DNA of 64,000 nt from Bacteroidota bacterium (GTDB lineage Bacteria > Bacteroidota > Bacteroidia > Bacteroidales > FEN-979), in NCBI GenBank assembly GCA_026391795.1, contig JAPLDI010000023.1, positions 66,269-130,268 of the forward strand. The letters run 5' to 3'. Below, in pieces: positions 29,428 to 38,770 of this stretch (position 1 is its first letter; each line of letters starts with the position of its first letter). Made by a program: the position numbers and the translations under genes. The notes beneath the pieces were generated by a model. The model saw nothing but the letters and a program-made list of their open reading frames with translations, did no database searches and was not told the DNA's origin.

Positions 29428-29524
29428 AGGATGGGGATTTTGCTTTTTAAAATTAGACAGAAAGAGAGCATGAAAAATACTGAATTGTTTTTTTTATTAA
29501 CAGAACGATTGTTAATAGCGGAAT

Positions 29525-30862
29525 TTACTTATCCTCCTCTTCAAACCACTTCTGAATCTTCTCAATAAAGGAGTCCGTAAATTTCCTGCCATCCTTTTCC
29601 GGATCCCGGGGTTTCTTCTCCTTCACCTTCTTTTTTGATTTCGTTTCCTTCTCCTCAGGTTCCGGGATTTCCTCCTCAACAGCGGGTTTCATCTTTTCTT
29701 TTTCCTTTTCATACCGTTCGATGCCGACAATGACAAGGCCGATACCGGTTGAATACATCGGGCTGGCCATCTCTTCGGGTACATCGCTGGCGAGGTGTTC
29801 GTTCGGATAGCCGATACGGGTATCCATGCCGGTCTTGAACTCAGTCAGCTGTGCAATGTGCTTCATCTGGGCACCACCACCGGTCAGTACGATCCCGCCG
29901 ATCAGTTTTTTCTCATATCCTGAATTTTTAATCTCAAAATAGATGTATTCAATGATCTCTTCCATTCGTGCCTGGATGATGTTGGCCAGGTTCCGGATAC
30001 TGATCTCCTTCGGGGGACGGCCTCTCAGTCCGGGGATGGCCACGATCTCCTCTTCGCGGTTTTCACTTGCCAGGGCAGATCCGAATTTGACCTTCAGCTC
30101 TTCGGCATGTTTTTTTATGATGGAGCACCCTTCCTTGACATCTTCCGTGATGATATCCCCGCCAAGAGGGATGACCGCGGTATGCCGGATGATACCTTCA
30201 TGAAAAATGGCAATATCCGAAGTCCCGCCGCCGATATCCACCAGAACAACTCCGGCTTCTTTTTCTTCTTCACTCAAAACGGCTTCGGCTGAAGCAATGG
30301 GTTCCAGGATCAGGTCTACCACTTCAAGGCCTGCTTTCCGTACACATTTGTAAATGTTCTTTGCTGCCGCAGTTTGTCCGACAATGATATGAAAGTTGGC
30401 TTCCAGCGAACTGCCGATCATCCCCTTGGGAGACTTCACGACCGGTTCCCCGTCGAGGCTGAATTGTTGTGGAATGACCTCGATGATCTCCTCACCGGGA
30501 TTCATATTCAGGTTATACATGCTGTTGATGAGGGTCTCAATCTCTTCCTGGCTGATTTCGGTTTCACTATCCTTTCGGATGGTACTGCCGTGATGCTGCA
30601 GGCTTTTGATGTGCTGGCCGGCGATCCCGACATTCACATACCGGATGTCAACACCTGATTTCTGGGATGCTTCCTTGATGGCATCCTTGATCGACTGAAC
30701 CGTGTTCTCGATATTGGAGACCACGCCCCTCTTTACGCCGATCGACGGAACCTTTCCATGACCAAGGATCTCCATTTTCCCGAATTCATTTTTATGTCCG
30801 ACGATGACTGCGATCTTCGTCGTGCCGATATCTAATCCTACAATGATTTCTGATGTTTTCAT
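29525..30862 (-). CDS. ftsA: Cell division protein FtsA
   Basis: Start set at MKTSEIIVGLDIGTTK (ATG 30862), which avoids overlap with ftsQ. Actin-like motifs DIGGGTSD and LTGGGA. Confidence 0.93.
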   Translation of the reverse strand: MKTSEIIVGLDIGTTKIAVIVGHKNEFGKMEILGHGKVPSIGVKRGVVSNIENTVQSIKDAIKEASQKSGVDIRYVNVGIAGQHIKSLQHHGSTIRKDSETEISQEEIETLINSMYNLNMNPGEEIIEVIPQQFSLDGEPVVKSPKGMIGSSLEANFHIIVGQTAAAKNIYKCVRKAGLEVVDLILEPIASAEAVLSEEEKEAGVVLVDIGGGTSDIAIFHEGIIRHTAVIPLGGDIITEDVKEGCSIIKKHAEELKVKFGSALASENREEEIVAIPGLRGRPPKEISIRNLANIIQARMEEIIEYIYFEIKNSGYEKKLIGGIVLTGGGAQMKHIAQLTEFKTGMDTRIGYPNEHLASDVPEEMASPMYSTGIGLVIVGIERYEKEKEKMKPAVEEEIPEPEEKETKSKKKVKEKKPRDPEKDGRKFTDSFIEKIQKWFEEEDK

Positions 30863-30869
30863 AACCTGA

Positions 30870-31673
30870 CTAAATTTTTGAACAAACAACTTGATTTTTA
30901 AATTTTATATTGATGACATTGTACCTGCTCCATCCTGTTTTGCTGAGTCCCATCCTGTAAAAGACAAACAACCGTTCAAATTTATCCTCCAAATTGTCTG
31001 CTCCTCCCATGAGGATGGTATGCGCTCCTACTCGGGGGATAAGCTCAAACTCCCCGTTCGGTTCAACATAGATCTGCTCGATTTGCGCTTTGAGAAATTT
31101 ATCATTTGTGATAAAGGAGGATAGCCTGTAAAGATTATTCATCACTGAGTGGAACTCCAGAGAATCTTTCTTCATTACCGAATCGGCAAGGTAACAATCC
31201 TTCCCGGAGAAAGGTTCCCCGATGAATCCGCTGGCTACCAGCACCCGCGCTGAAAAAGCGGGATTCAGGGGCATGAGGTTTCCCATTCCGTCGAGGTAGA
31301 AACTCTCTCCTTTTTCATTAAAGATCCGGAGCATCGGCTGGCGCTGAACCACATCGATCTCGACATCACCCTCCAGGTTCATGTAGGCCTGTGCATTTGC
31401 AACATACGAGTGGCGTTTGACCTCTCGCTCGATCCGTTCGAAATTGATGGAACCCAGCTGCTGTCCTTTTAAAATGTTTCCGGTTGACCTGACAACAGTA
31501 TAAATATCACTTTCTGTGACCAGCACATCCGCTTTGCCATAGTCGATATGGATGATGTACTTTTTACACACCTCGCTGTTGTGCTCGGTGGTCGTAAATC
31601 CAAGCAGAACAAACAGTCCGGCCGTAGCTAGCACCCAAGCTGTTATCTCAAGGATTTTCAAAAACTTTTTCAT
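30870..31673 (-). CDS. ftsQ: Cell division protein FtsQ
   Basis: 267 aa. N-terminal TM helix, POTRA-like region, position between murC and ftsA. Confidence 0.8.
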   Translation of the reverse strand: MKKFLKILEITAWVLATAGLFVLLGFTTTEHNSEVCKKYIIHIDYGKADVLVTESDIYTVVRSTGNILKGQQLGSINFERIEREVKRHSYVANAQAYMNLEGDVEIDVVQRQPMLRIFNEKGESFYLDGMGNLMPLNPAFSARVLVASGFIGEPFSGKDCYLADSVMKKDSLEFHSVMNNLYRLSSFITNDKFLKAQIEQIYVEPNGEFELIPRVGAHTILMGGADNLEDKFERLFVFYRMGLSKTGWSRYNVINIKFKNQVVCSKI

Positions 31674-31685
31674 TCTTCCTTTCTG

Positions 31686-33071
31686 TCACTTATTCGAAAA
31701 CAATTCCCTAATCGGCTTTACCAGCTGGTCGATGTCACCAGCGCCCAATGTCAGCAGGACCTGAGGATTGATCTCTTTTAATGCCGCTGCGACATCCGTC
31801 TTGCTGCATAGTATTTTATTCTGAATCTTCACTTTTTCCAGCAGCATTGCCGAATCAATCCCCGGCAACGGGTTTTCCCGTGCCGGGTATATCTCAAGAA
31901 GGATCAGCACATCCAGTAATTCCAGGCTTCGTGCAAATGCATCCGCAAAATCGCGGGTGCGGGTGAAAAGATGGGGCTGGAAGATCCCTGTGATCTTTTT
32001 GTCCGGAAAGATCTCCCTGACAGCCCGGATGCAGGCCTTCAGCTCTTCCGGATGATGGGCATAATCGTCAATGTAAACAAAATCATCCGTTAATACCTGG
32101 AAATCAAACCGGCGCTCAACACCCTCAAAATTCCCGAGGGCCTGTACCATTGCATCATCCGTTATCCCGGTCACACAAGCAACGGCGGAAGCAGCTATGG
32201 CATTCTCAAGATTGAATTTCCCGGGCAATCCGAGGGTGATGTCCGGGATCGTCCTCCCCGGGGTGACAAGATCGAAGACAAACCGGCTCTTCTCCAGCCT
32301 GACCCTTTCCGGATAAAAATCTGCTCCGCTCTCCAGGGAATAGGTAAGTATGGTATAATTCTCTGCTTTTTCAGGAATGATACCCATTCCTTTCTTCAGG
32401 ATCAGCGTTCCGTTCTTTTGCAGCTGGGATGTGAATCTGCCAAAGGAAAGCCTGACTTCATCAAGGGTTCCATAAATGTCAAGATGATCTGCGTCGGCTG
32501 AAGTGATCACTGCAATCGAGGGGAAAAGACGGAGAAAGGAACGGTCAAATTCATCTGCCTCGGCGACAAAATATTCGGGTAACCCAGTGGGCTGACACTC
32601 CGGCATTCCGGAAAGGATAAGATTTGTGTGGTAATTTTTTGAGATCCCTCCCAGAAAGGAGATGCTCTCTTTCCCTGCAGCTTTCAGCAGATGGGCCACC
32701 ATCGTTGTGATCGTCGTTTTTCCGTGGGTTCCGGCGATGGCAATGGTTTTTGCTTTGCCTGTGATCATTCCCAGTACTTCAGATCTTTTTTTCAGGGGAA
32801 CTCCTTTTTCAAGGACAAACAGAAGTTCTTTGTGGTCTTTCGGAAGCGCGGGCGTATAAACAACCAGGTCGACAGGATCGGGAATGAGTTCAGGGTTTTC
32901 ATCATAATGAACGGGAATTCCTTCTGCTGTCAGCTGACGGGTCAGAGCCGTTTCTGTTTTGTCGTATCCCGAAACACTTGCACCATTCCAGCGGAAATAC
33001 CTTGCCAGGGCGCTCATACCGATTCCCCCGATGCCCAGAAAATATACCGACCTGTATTGAAGAATGTCCAT
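31686..33071 (-). CDS. murC: UDP-N-acetylmuramate--L-alanine ligase
   Basis: 461 aa. FLGIGGIGMSALA, AGTHGKTT, DDYAHHP. Confidence 0.95.
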   Translation of the reverse strand: MDILQYRSVYFLGIGGIGMSALARYFRWNGASVSGYDKTETALTRQLTAEGIPVHYDENPELIPDPVDLVVYTPALPKDHKELLFVLEKGVPLKKRSEVLGMITGKAKTIAIAGTHGKTTITTMVAHLLKAAGKESISFLGGISKNYHTNLILSGMPECQPTGLPEYFVAEADEFDRSFLRLFPSIAVITSADADHLDIYGTLDEVRLSFGRFTSQLQKNGTLILKKGMGIIPEKAENYTILTYSLESGADFYPERVRLEKSRFVFDLVTPGRTIPDITLGLPGKFNLENAIAASAVACVTGITDDAMVQALGNFEGVERRFDFQVLTDDFVYIDDYAHHPEELKACIRAVREIFPDKKITGIFQPHLFTRTRDFADAFARSLELLDVLILLEIYPARENPLPGIDSAMLLEKVKIQNKILCSKTDVAAALKEINPQVLLTLGAGDIDQLVKPIRELFSNK

Positions 33072-33077
33072 CCTGGT

Positions 33078-34190
33078 TTATGCTTTTATTCTGATGAGTT
33101 TCATTGTTTCCTGCGCTATCACGCTGGCAGCTTCAGGTTTTGCCATGGCTCTGATCTCTTTGCTGAAAACATTCTGCAGTTCATTATCGGCAGCCAGTTG
33201 TTTCACGATATCGAAAAGTTTCTCAACAGCATCCTGGTCTTTCAGCATCAATGCCGCCGACTTTCGTACAAGTGCCTCCGCGTTTTTTGTCTGGTGGTCT
33301 TCGGCAACATTGGGAGAAGGGATTAAAATAACCGGTTTCCCGATGATGCACAGTTCCGAAATCGCAATCGCACCTGCACGGGAGACGATGATATCTGCAG
33401 CGGTATATGCCAGGTCCATTCGGTCTATGAATGGAACGATATGCACATCTTCCCGGTTTTGTATATTCTCATTCGTGCTGATAACGTTATAATGATAATT
33501 TCCGGTTTGCCACAGCAACTGGAAATCATCCTCCCTGTTCTGCTGGTAAAGGTGATGTAAAACACTTTTGTTAATCGTGCCTGCCCCAAGGCTTCCTCCG
33601 ATGATCAGTACTACTTTCTTATTCTTGTCCAGGTGAAAATGTTCCAGGGCCTCCTCTTTGTTTGCCGGTGCGATAATATCCTGACGTACGGGATTCCCCG
33701 TAAAAATGATTTTTTCCGAAGGAAAAAACCGGCTCATTCCTTCATAGGCTACACAGATCCTGTCAACCTTTCCTGCCAGCAGTTTATTGGTTATCCCCGG
33801 ATAGGAATTTTGCTCCTGGATCAGCGTGGGGATCTTTCTTCTCACTGCGGCGCGAAGCGTGGGTCCGCTGGCGTAACCGCCAACTCCAATCACTACATCC
33901 GGACCGAAAGAAGCCAGTATCCTGTCGGCTTTAATCAGGCTCGAGACGACCTTGAAAGGGAAACTCAGGTTTTTCAAGGTAATCCGGCGCTGCAGCCCGC
34001 TGATCCATAACCCCCGGATCTCGTAACCGGCAGCCGGCACTTTTTCCATCTCCATTCTGCCCTTTGCACCGATAAAAAGAATCTCTATGCCCGGTTCAAG
34101 CGCTGCAAGTGCATTTGCGATGGCAATGGCAGGAAAGATATGTCCTCCTGTTCCTCCTCCGCTGATAATGATCCGGGTCATCGTTTTCAT
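33078..34190 (-). CDS. murG: Undecaprenyldiphospho-muramoylpentapeptide beta-N-acetylglucosaminyltransferase
   Basis: 370 aa. SGGGTGGHIFPAIAIA and RAGAIAISEL. Confidence 0.95.
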   Translation of the reverse strand: MKTMTRIIISGGGTGGHIFPAIAIANALAALEPGIEILFIGAKGRMEMEKVPAAGYEIRGLWISGLQRRITLKNLSFPFKVVSSLIKADRILASFGPDVVIGVGGYASGPTLRAAVRRKIPTLIQEQNSYPGITNKLLAGKVDRICVAYEGMSRFFPSEKIIFTGNPVRQDIIAPANKEEALEHFHLDKNKKVVLIIGGSLGAGTINKSVLHHLYQQNREDDFQLLWQTGNYHYNVISTNENIQNREDVHIVPFIDRMDLAYTAADIIVSRAGAIAISELCIIGKPVILIPSPNVAEDHQTKNAEALVRKSAALMLKDQDAVEKLFDIVKQLAADNELQNVFSKEIRAMAKPEAASVIAQETMKLIRIKA

Positions 34191-34201
34191 TCAAATCCTT
34201 G

Positions 34202-35398
34202 TTAACTGGTTGCAGGAACGGGGTTCCCTTCACTCAGAATTTCAACTTCAGTTCCGTCTTTTGTTTCGATATCAATTCTCCTGCTTACACTCAGGATGAT
34301 CCCGATGGAGATGCAGGTAAACCAGATCGAAGTGCCCCCCATACTGATCAGGGGCAGCGTTTGTCCAGTCACCGGGAACAGATGAACGGCCACGGCCATG
34401 TTGATCATGGCCTGGAACACCAGGCTGAATCCGATCCCGATCGCAAGGAAGGCCCCGAAATTCCCCTGGCATTTTGTTGTGATCCTTACAACGCGAAAAA
34501 ATAAAATACAGTACAGCAGCACCACAAAGCTTCCTCCCGCAATTCCATATTCTTCCATAATGATGGCGAAAATAAAATCCGAATAGGGGTGAGGCAGAAA
34601 ATTCCGTTGTGTACTCCTTCCGGGCGATTTTCCGAGTATCCCCCCGGAGACAATGGCAATCTTTGCCTGTTCAACCTGGTAATTCGCATCTTCATCGGCT
34701 TTGTCATTGTTCAGAAAGTGATCCACACGGTTGATCCAGGTTCCGCCACGGGGAAACAGATTGGGGGCTGCTTTGGCAAGGCTGAAGATGAGAACGATGG
34801 CGACAAGGCCGAGCCCGATCAATGAAAAAATGTACTTCAGCGAGATCCTTCCGATAAACATCAGCACAATGCTGGTCACAAACAAGATTGCCGCAGTGGA
34901 AAAATTGGCAGGCAGGATCAGCGTGCAGATGAAGATCGCCGGGATGATCACCGGCAGGAATCCCGACTTGAAATGTTTGATCTCTTCCTGATTCTTGCTG
35001 AGCACACGTGCCAGGTACATGATCAGGAAAAGTTTGGCCACATCGGAACTCTGGAATGTGAGGTTGACGATGGGCACGGTGAGCCAGCGGTTTGCCTCAT
35101 TCAGGTTGGTCCCTGAGAAAAGTGTGAGGAGCAGCAGCGGAACCGTTAAGATCAGCCCGATCTGGGAGATCCTCGAAAAATAGGTATACTTGACAAGGTG
35201 AGTGGCATACATCAGCAGGATCCCGAAGCCAAGGATCACAAAATGCTTGAACAGGTAATATTCGGTGTTCCCTCCCTGCTTCTTGTAGGCCAGCGTTCCT
35301 GTTGAACTGTAAACGGCAAGTAAGGAAAAAATGCAAAGAATGGTCACAACGACCCAGATCACTACATCTCCTTTTGCGTTTTTAAAATATTTGATCAT
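34202..35398 (-). CDS. ftsW: SEDS peptidoglycan glycosyltransferase FtsW
   Basis: 398 aa and polytopic. SDFIFAII and PLISMGGTS motifs. Fits the dcw context. Confidence 0.9.
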   Translation of the reverse strand: MIKYFKNAKGDVVIWVVVTILCIFSLLAVYSSTGTLAYKKQGGNTEYYLFKHFVILGFGILLMYATHLVKYTYFSRISQIGLILTVPLLLLTLFSGTNLNEANRWLTVPIVNLTFQSSDVAKLFLIMYLARVLSKNQEEIKHFKSGFLPVIIPAIFICTLILPANFSTAAILFVTSIVLMFIGRISLKYIFSLIGLGLVAIVLIFSLAKAAPNLFPRGGTWINRVDHFLNNDKADEDANYQVEQAKIAIVSGGILGKSPGRSTQRNFLPHPYSDFIFAIIMEEYGIAGGSFVVLLYCILFFRVVRITTKCQGNFGAFLAIGIGFSLVFQAMINMAVAVHLFPVTGQTLPLISMGGTSIWFTCISIGIILSVSRRIDIETKDGTEVEILSEGNPVPATS

Positions 35399-35407
35399 TA
35401 CTGGTTG

Positions 35408-35956
35408 TTAAAGTTGTTTGACTGCTTTTTTGAAGGCATTTCCTCGTTCTTCGTAATCCCTGAAGAGATCAAAACTGGCACATCCGGGCGAAAGGAGAAC
35501 CACATCTCCCATCGAACCGGCGACATAGGCTAGTTCAACGGCCTCCTCCATGGTGGATGCATCTGTAACGGGTATGTCAAGGTCCGACATGGAAGAGATA
35601 AGCCGGGAACTGTCCATCCCGAGAAAGATGATCGACTTGATCTTTGCCTTCAGCAAAGATTTCAACTGGGAATAATCGATACTGGAATCCTTGCCCCCGG
35701 CAATCCAGATGACGGGTTTCGACATGCTTTCCAGCGTGTACCAGGTTGAATTGATATTCGTTGACCTGGAATCATTGATAAACTCAATTCCATGCACATT
35801 TGCAACAGACTCCATCCTGTGCTCCATCTGCTGGAAATCAGAAAAACATTCCTTGATAAAATTGCTTCTGACCTCTTTTATCCGGGCCGTAATGGATGCA
35901 GCCATGGAGGTGCGAACACCGGGATGTCCTTGTAAAGCCAATGTTTCTAATGTCAT
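35408..35956 (-). pseudogene. murD: murD 3' fragment (C-terminal ~180 aa of UDP-MurNAc-L-Ala--D-Glu ligase only)
   Basis: FQQMEHRMESV, GIEFINDSRSTN, IWIAGGKD, GDVVLLSPGCASFDLFRDYEERG. There is no Rossmann or P-loop (GTNGKT) part, and only 38 nt separate it from the mraY stop. Confidence 0.75.
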
Positions 35957-35994
35957 GTTTTCAGTTTTTAGAGTTTGTCTGTGAAGGAGTGATG

Positions 35995-37248
35995 TTACCT
36001 GAGTTTTAATGTCACGATGGTCAGAACTGCAAGCATGATCCCGATGATGAAAAAACGGATCACGATCTTTGATTCATGGTAGCCTTTCTTCTGGAAATGA
36101 TGGTGCAGCGGCGACATCAGGAATATCCTGCGGCCGGCACCGAACCTGCGTTTTGTATATTTGAAGTAGCCAACCTGCATAACCACCGAGAGGTTCTCGA
36201 CGAGAAAGATCCCGCAGAAGATCGGGATCATGATCTCTTTCCGGATCAGGATGGCAAAGACTGCAACAATGCCTCCCAGGGCCAGGCTTCCCGTATCGCC
36301 CATGAAGACCTGGGCAGGATACGAGTTGTACCAGAGAAACCCGATGCAAGCCCCGACAAAAGCACTGATATAGATCGCCAGTTCGCCCGTATTGGGGATA
36401 TACATGATGTTCAGGTAATTTGCAAAGACGATGTTACCGGAAACATAGGCCAGGATCCCGAGAGTCAGTCCGATGATGGCCGAACTCCCGGTCGCAAGCC
36501 CGTCAAGGCCGTCGGTAAGGTTTGCCCCGTTGGATACGGCGATAATGATGAAGATGATGATGGGGATGAAAATCAGGAAGGTCCATTTTTTATATCCGCA
36601 TCCGATCCAGGATATCAGGACCGAGTAATCAAATTCATTATTCTTCAGGAAAGGAATGGTGGTTTTTGTGGATTTGGTTGGGACTTTTGTATACATCTTT
36701 GCCCGGTCCGCACTGCCTTCCACGTTGAATATCTCAGAGGAGGGAACAAATGCCTGCCGGCTGTTCTTCTCACGGATCACGATATCCTTGCTGAAAAACA
36801 TCGTCGCCCCGATGATCAGTCCAAGCCCGATCTGCCCCATGACCTTGAATTTTCCGGCAAGTCCTTTCTTATCCTTCAGGAAAACCTTGATGTAGTCATC
36901 CAGAAACCCGATGACTCCCAGCCAGATCGTGGTGATAAGGATCAGAAGGACATAGATGTTGTGAAGTTTCGCAAGCAGAAGTGTGGGCACCAGGATCGCT
37001 GCCAGGATGATCAGCCCGCCCATGGTGGGTGTTCCCTGCTTGGCTGTTTGTCCTTCCAGCCCGAGGTCACGGATGGTTTCACCTACCTGTTTTTTCCTCA
37101 GGAAGCCGATCAGTCTCTTCCCGATGATCATGGAGATGAAGAGCGAAGTGATAAGCGCCAGAGCTGCCCTGAACGAGATGTACTGAAATACACCCGCACC
37201 GGGGAAATCAAAGGCATCGTGCAGCCAGATAAATAAATAGTACAGCAT
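35995..37248 (-). CDS. mraY: Phospho-N-acetylmuramoyl-pentapeptide transferase
   Basis: 417 aa. [42 protein letters not shown]. Confidence 0.96.
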   Translation of the reverse strand: MLYYLFIWLHDAFDFPGAGVFQYISFRAALALITSLFISMIIGKRLIGFLRKKQVGETIRDLGLEGQTAKQGTPTMGGLIILAAILVPTLLLAKLHNIYVLLILITTIWLGVIGFLDDYIKVFLKDKKGLAGKFKVMGQIGLGLIIGATMFFSKDIVIREKNSRQAFVPSSEIFNVEGSADRAKMYTKVPTKSTKTTIPFLKNNEFDYSVLISWIGCGYKKWTFLIFIPIIIFIIIAVSNGANLTDGLDGLATGSSAIIGLTLGILAYVSGNIVFANYLNIMYIPNTGELAIYISAFVGACIGFLWYNSYPAQVFMGDTGSLALGGIVAVFAILIRKEIMIPIFCGIFLVENLSVVMQVGYFKYTKRRFGAGRRIFLMSPLHHHFQKKGYHESKIVIRFFIIGIMLAVLTIVTLKLR

Positions 37249-37265
37249 AATCTTTTTTTAAAGAA

Positions 37266-38732
37266 TTAGTATACTTCCGCTTTCAATACTTCTTTCAGAA
37301 TCTCTTTGTCATCAAATGGGTACCTCACCCCTTTAATCTCCTGGTAAGTCTCGTGACCTTTTCCGGCCACCAGGATGATGTCTCCGGGTTGTGCAAGGGC
37401 ACATGCCGTTTTAATCGCTTCCCTGCGGTTCACTATAACAAGCACCTTTTTGCTCTCTTTCTGCTCAACACCTTTCTGCATTTCTTCAAGTATGGCTTCC
37501 GGTTCTTCAAACCGGGGATTGTCGGAGGTAAGGATTACGTTATCGCTGAGAAGGCATGCAATTTTTGCCATTACGGGCCGTTTGGCAGCATCACGGTTTC
37601 CGCCTGCACCCACCACGGTGATGATCTTTTCCTTACGCGTACGGATCGACTGGATGGTCTCAAGGACGTTTTGCAGCGCATCCGGTGTATGTGCATAATC
37701 CACGATGGCGGTTATGCCTTCCGCCGTACGGATATAATTAAAGCGTCCGTCAACCGGTTCACAAAGGCTGAGCAGAGTCAATGTCCGATGCCTCTCTTCG
37801 CCCAGGAGAAGTGCCGTGGCATATACGGTAAGCAGGTTATAGGCGTTGAAAGCACCGATGAGGCGGAACCAGCAATCTGTCCCGTCCATGGAGAGGTGGA
37901 GTCCCCCAAACTGGTTCTCAAGGATCCTGCACCGGAAATCTGCCATGGAGTGCATGCTGAGGGTGGAGAGGGTCGCTTTCGTATTTTGTACCATCATCAT
38001 CCCGTTCTTGTCATCCTTGTTGATAAGGGCAAATGCACTGGCGGGAAGGTTGTCGAAAAAAGTTTTCTTTGCCTTCAGGTATTCACCGAAGGTTTTATGA
38101 TAATCAAGGTGATCGTGTGTCAGGTTTGTGAAGACACCTCCCTTGAAAGTCAGTCCGGTAACCCGCTTCTGAACCACGGCGTGTGAACTTACCTCCATGA
38201 AACAATGGGTACAGCCTTCGTCGACCATCTGTGCCAGCAATTCATTCAGCCGAACCGGATCGGGAGTGGTGTGGGTAGCCGGGATGTTCTTCTCAAGGAT
38301 CTTGTTTTGAATGGTGGATATAAGACCGGTCTTATATCCTGCCTTCTGAAAAAGCTGATGCAACAAGGTAACGGTTGTCGTTTTTCCGTTGGTGCCTGTG
38401 ACTCCCACAAGGTTCAGAAGGGATGAAGGATTTTCGTAAAAGTTTGAAGCGATAACGGCTTTGGCAATGCTGCTGTCATCCGTCAGAACATAGGTTACAT
38501 GTTCTTCTCGATTTTCCGGGATATATTCGCAAACTACGGCTACCGCTCCCGACCTTACGGAATCCTGAATAAACCGGTGGCCGTCGGAGGCAGTACCTCT
38601 GACCGCAAAGTAGAGACAGCCCGGGGCTGCTTTCCTGGAATCAAATTCCAGCGAATGAATTTCAATATCCGTTGTCCCGGCCACCGAGTTCACTCCTGCA
38701 TTTTCCAGTATGTCTCTTAACTTCCTCATCAA
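37266..38732 (-). CDS. murE: UDP-MurNAc-tripeptide synthetase (meso-DAP adding)
   Basis: 488 aa. GVTGTNGKTT, DYAHTPDAL, TSDNPR. Confidence 0.95.
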   Translation of the reverse strand: MMRKLRDILENAGVNSVAGTTDIEIHSLEFDSRKAAPGCLYFAVRGTASDGHRFIQDSVRSGAVAVVCEYIPENREEHVTYVLTDDSSIAKAVIASNFYENPSSLLNLVGVTGTNGKTTTVTLLHQLFQKAGYKTGLISTIQNKILEKNIPATHTTPDPVRLNELLAQMVDEGCTHCFMEVSSHAVVQKRVTGLTFKGGVFTNLTHDHLDYHKTFGEYLKAKKTFFDNLPASAFALINKDDKNGMMMVQNTKATLSTLSMHSMADFRCRILENQFGGLHLSMDGTDCWFRLIGAFNAYNLLTVYATALLLGEERHRTLTLLSLCEPVDGRFNYIRTAEGITAIVDYAHTPDALQNVLETIQSIRTRKEKIITVVGAGGNRDAAKRPVMAKIACLLSDNVILTSDNPRFEEPEAILEEMQKGVEQKESKKVLVIVNRREAIKTACALAQPGDIILVAGKGHETYQEIKGVRYPFDDKEILKEVLKAEVY

Positions 38733-38746
38733 ATAATATTGCCTTT

Positions 38747-38767
38747 TAATTCGTAATTCGTAATTTT
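38747..38767. repeat. TAATTCG heptamer array (3 units) in the ftsI-murE gap
   Basis: Units taattcg, taattcg, taatttt, ending 4 nt from the ftsI stop. Confidence 0.75.
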
Positions 38768-38770
38768 TAT

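Noticed and set aside
36076-37236. 386-aa plus-strand ORF.
   Set aside because: It is entirely antisense to the strongly supported mraY. Its composition is low-complexity and rich in Asp, His, Pro and Gly, with no motifs. It is a typical shadow ORF.
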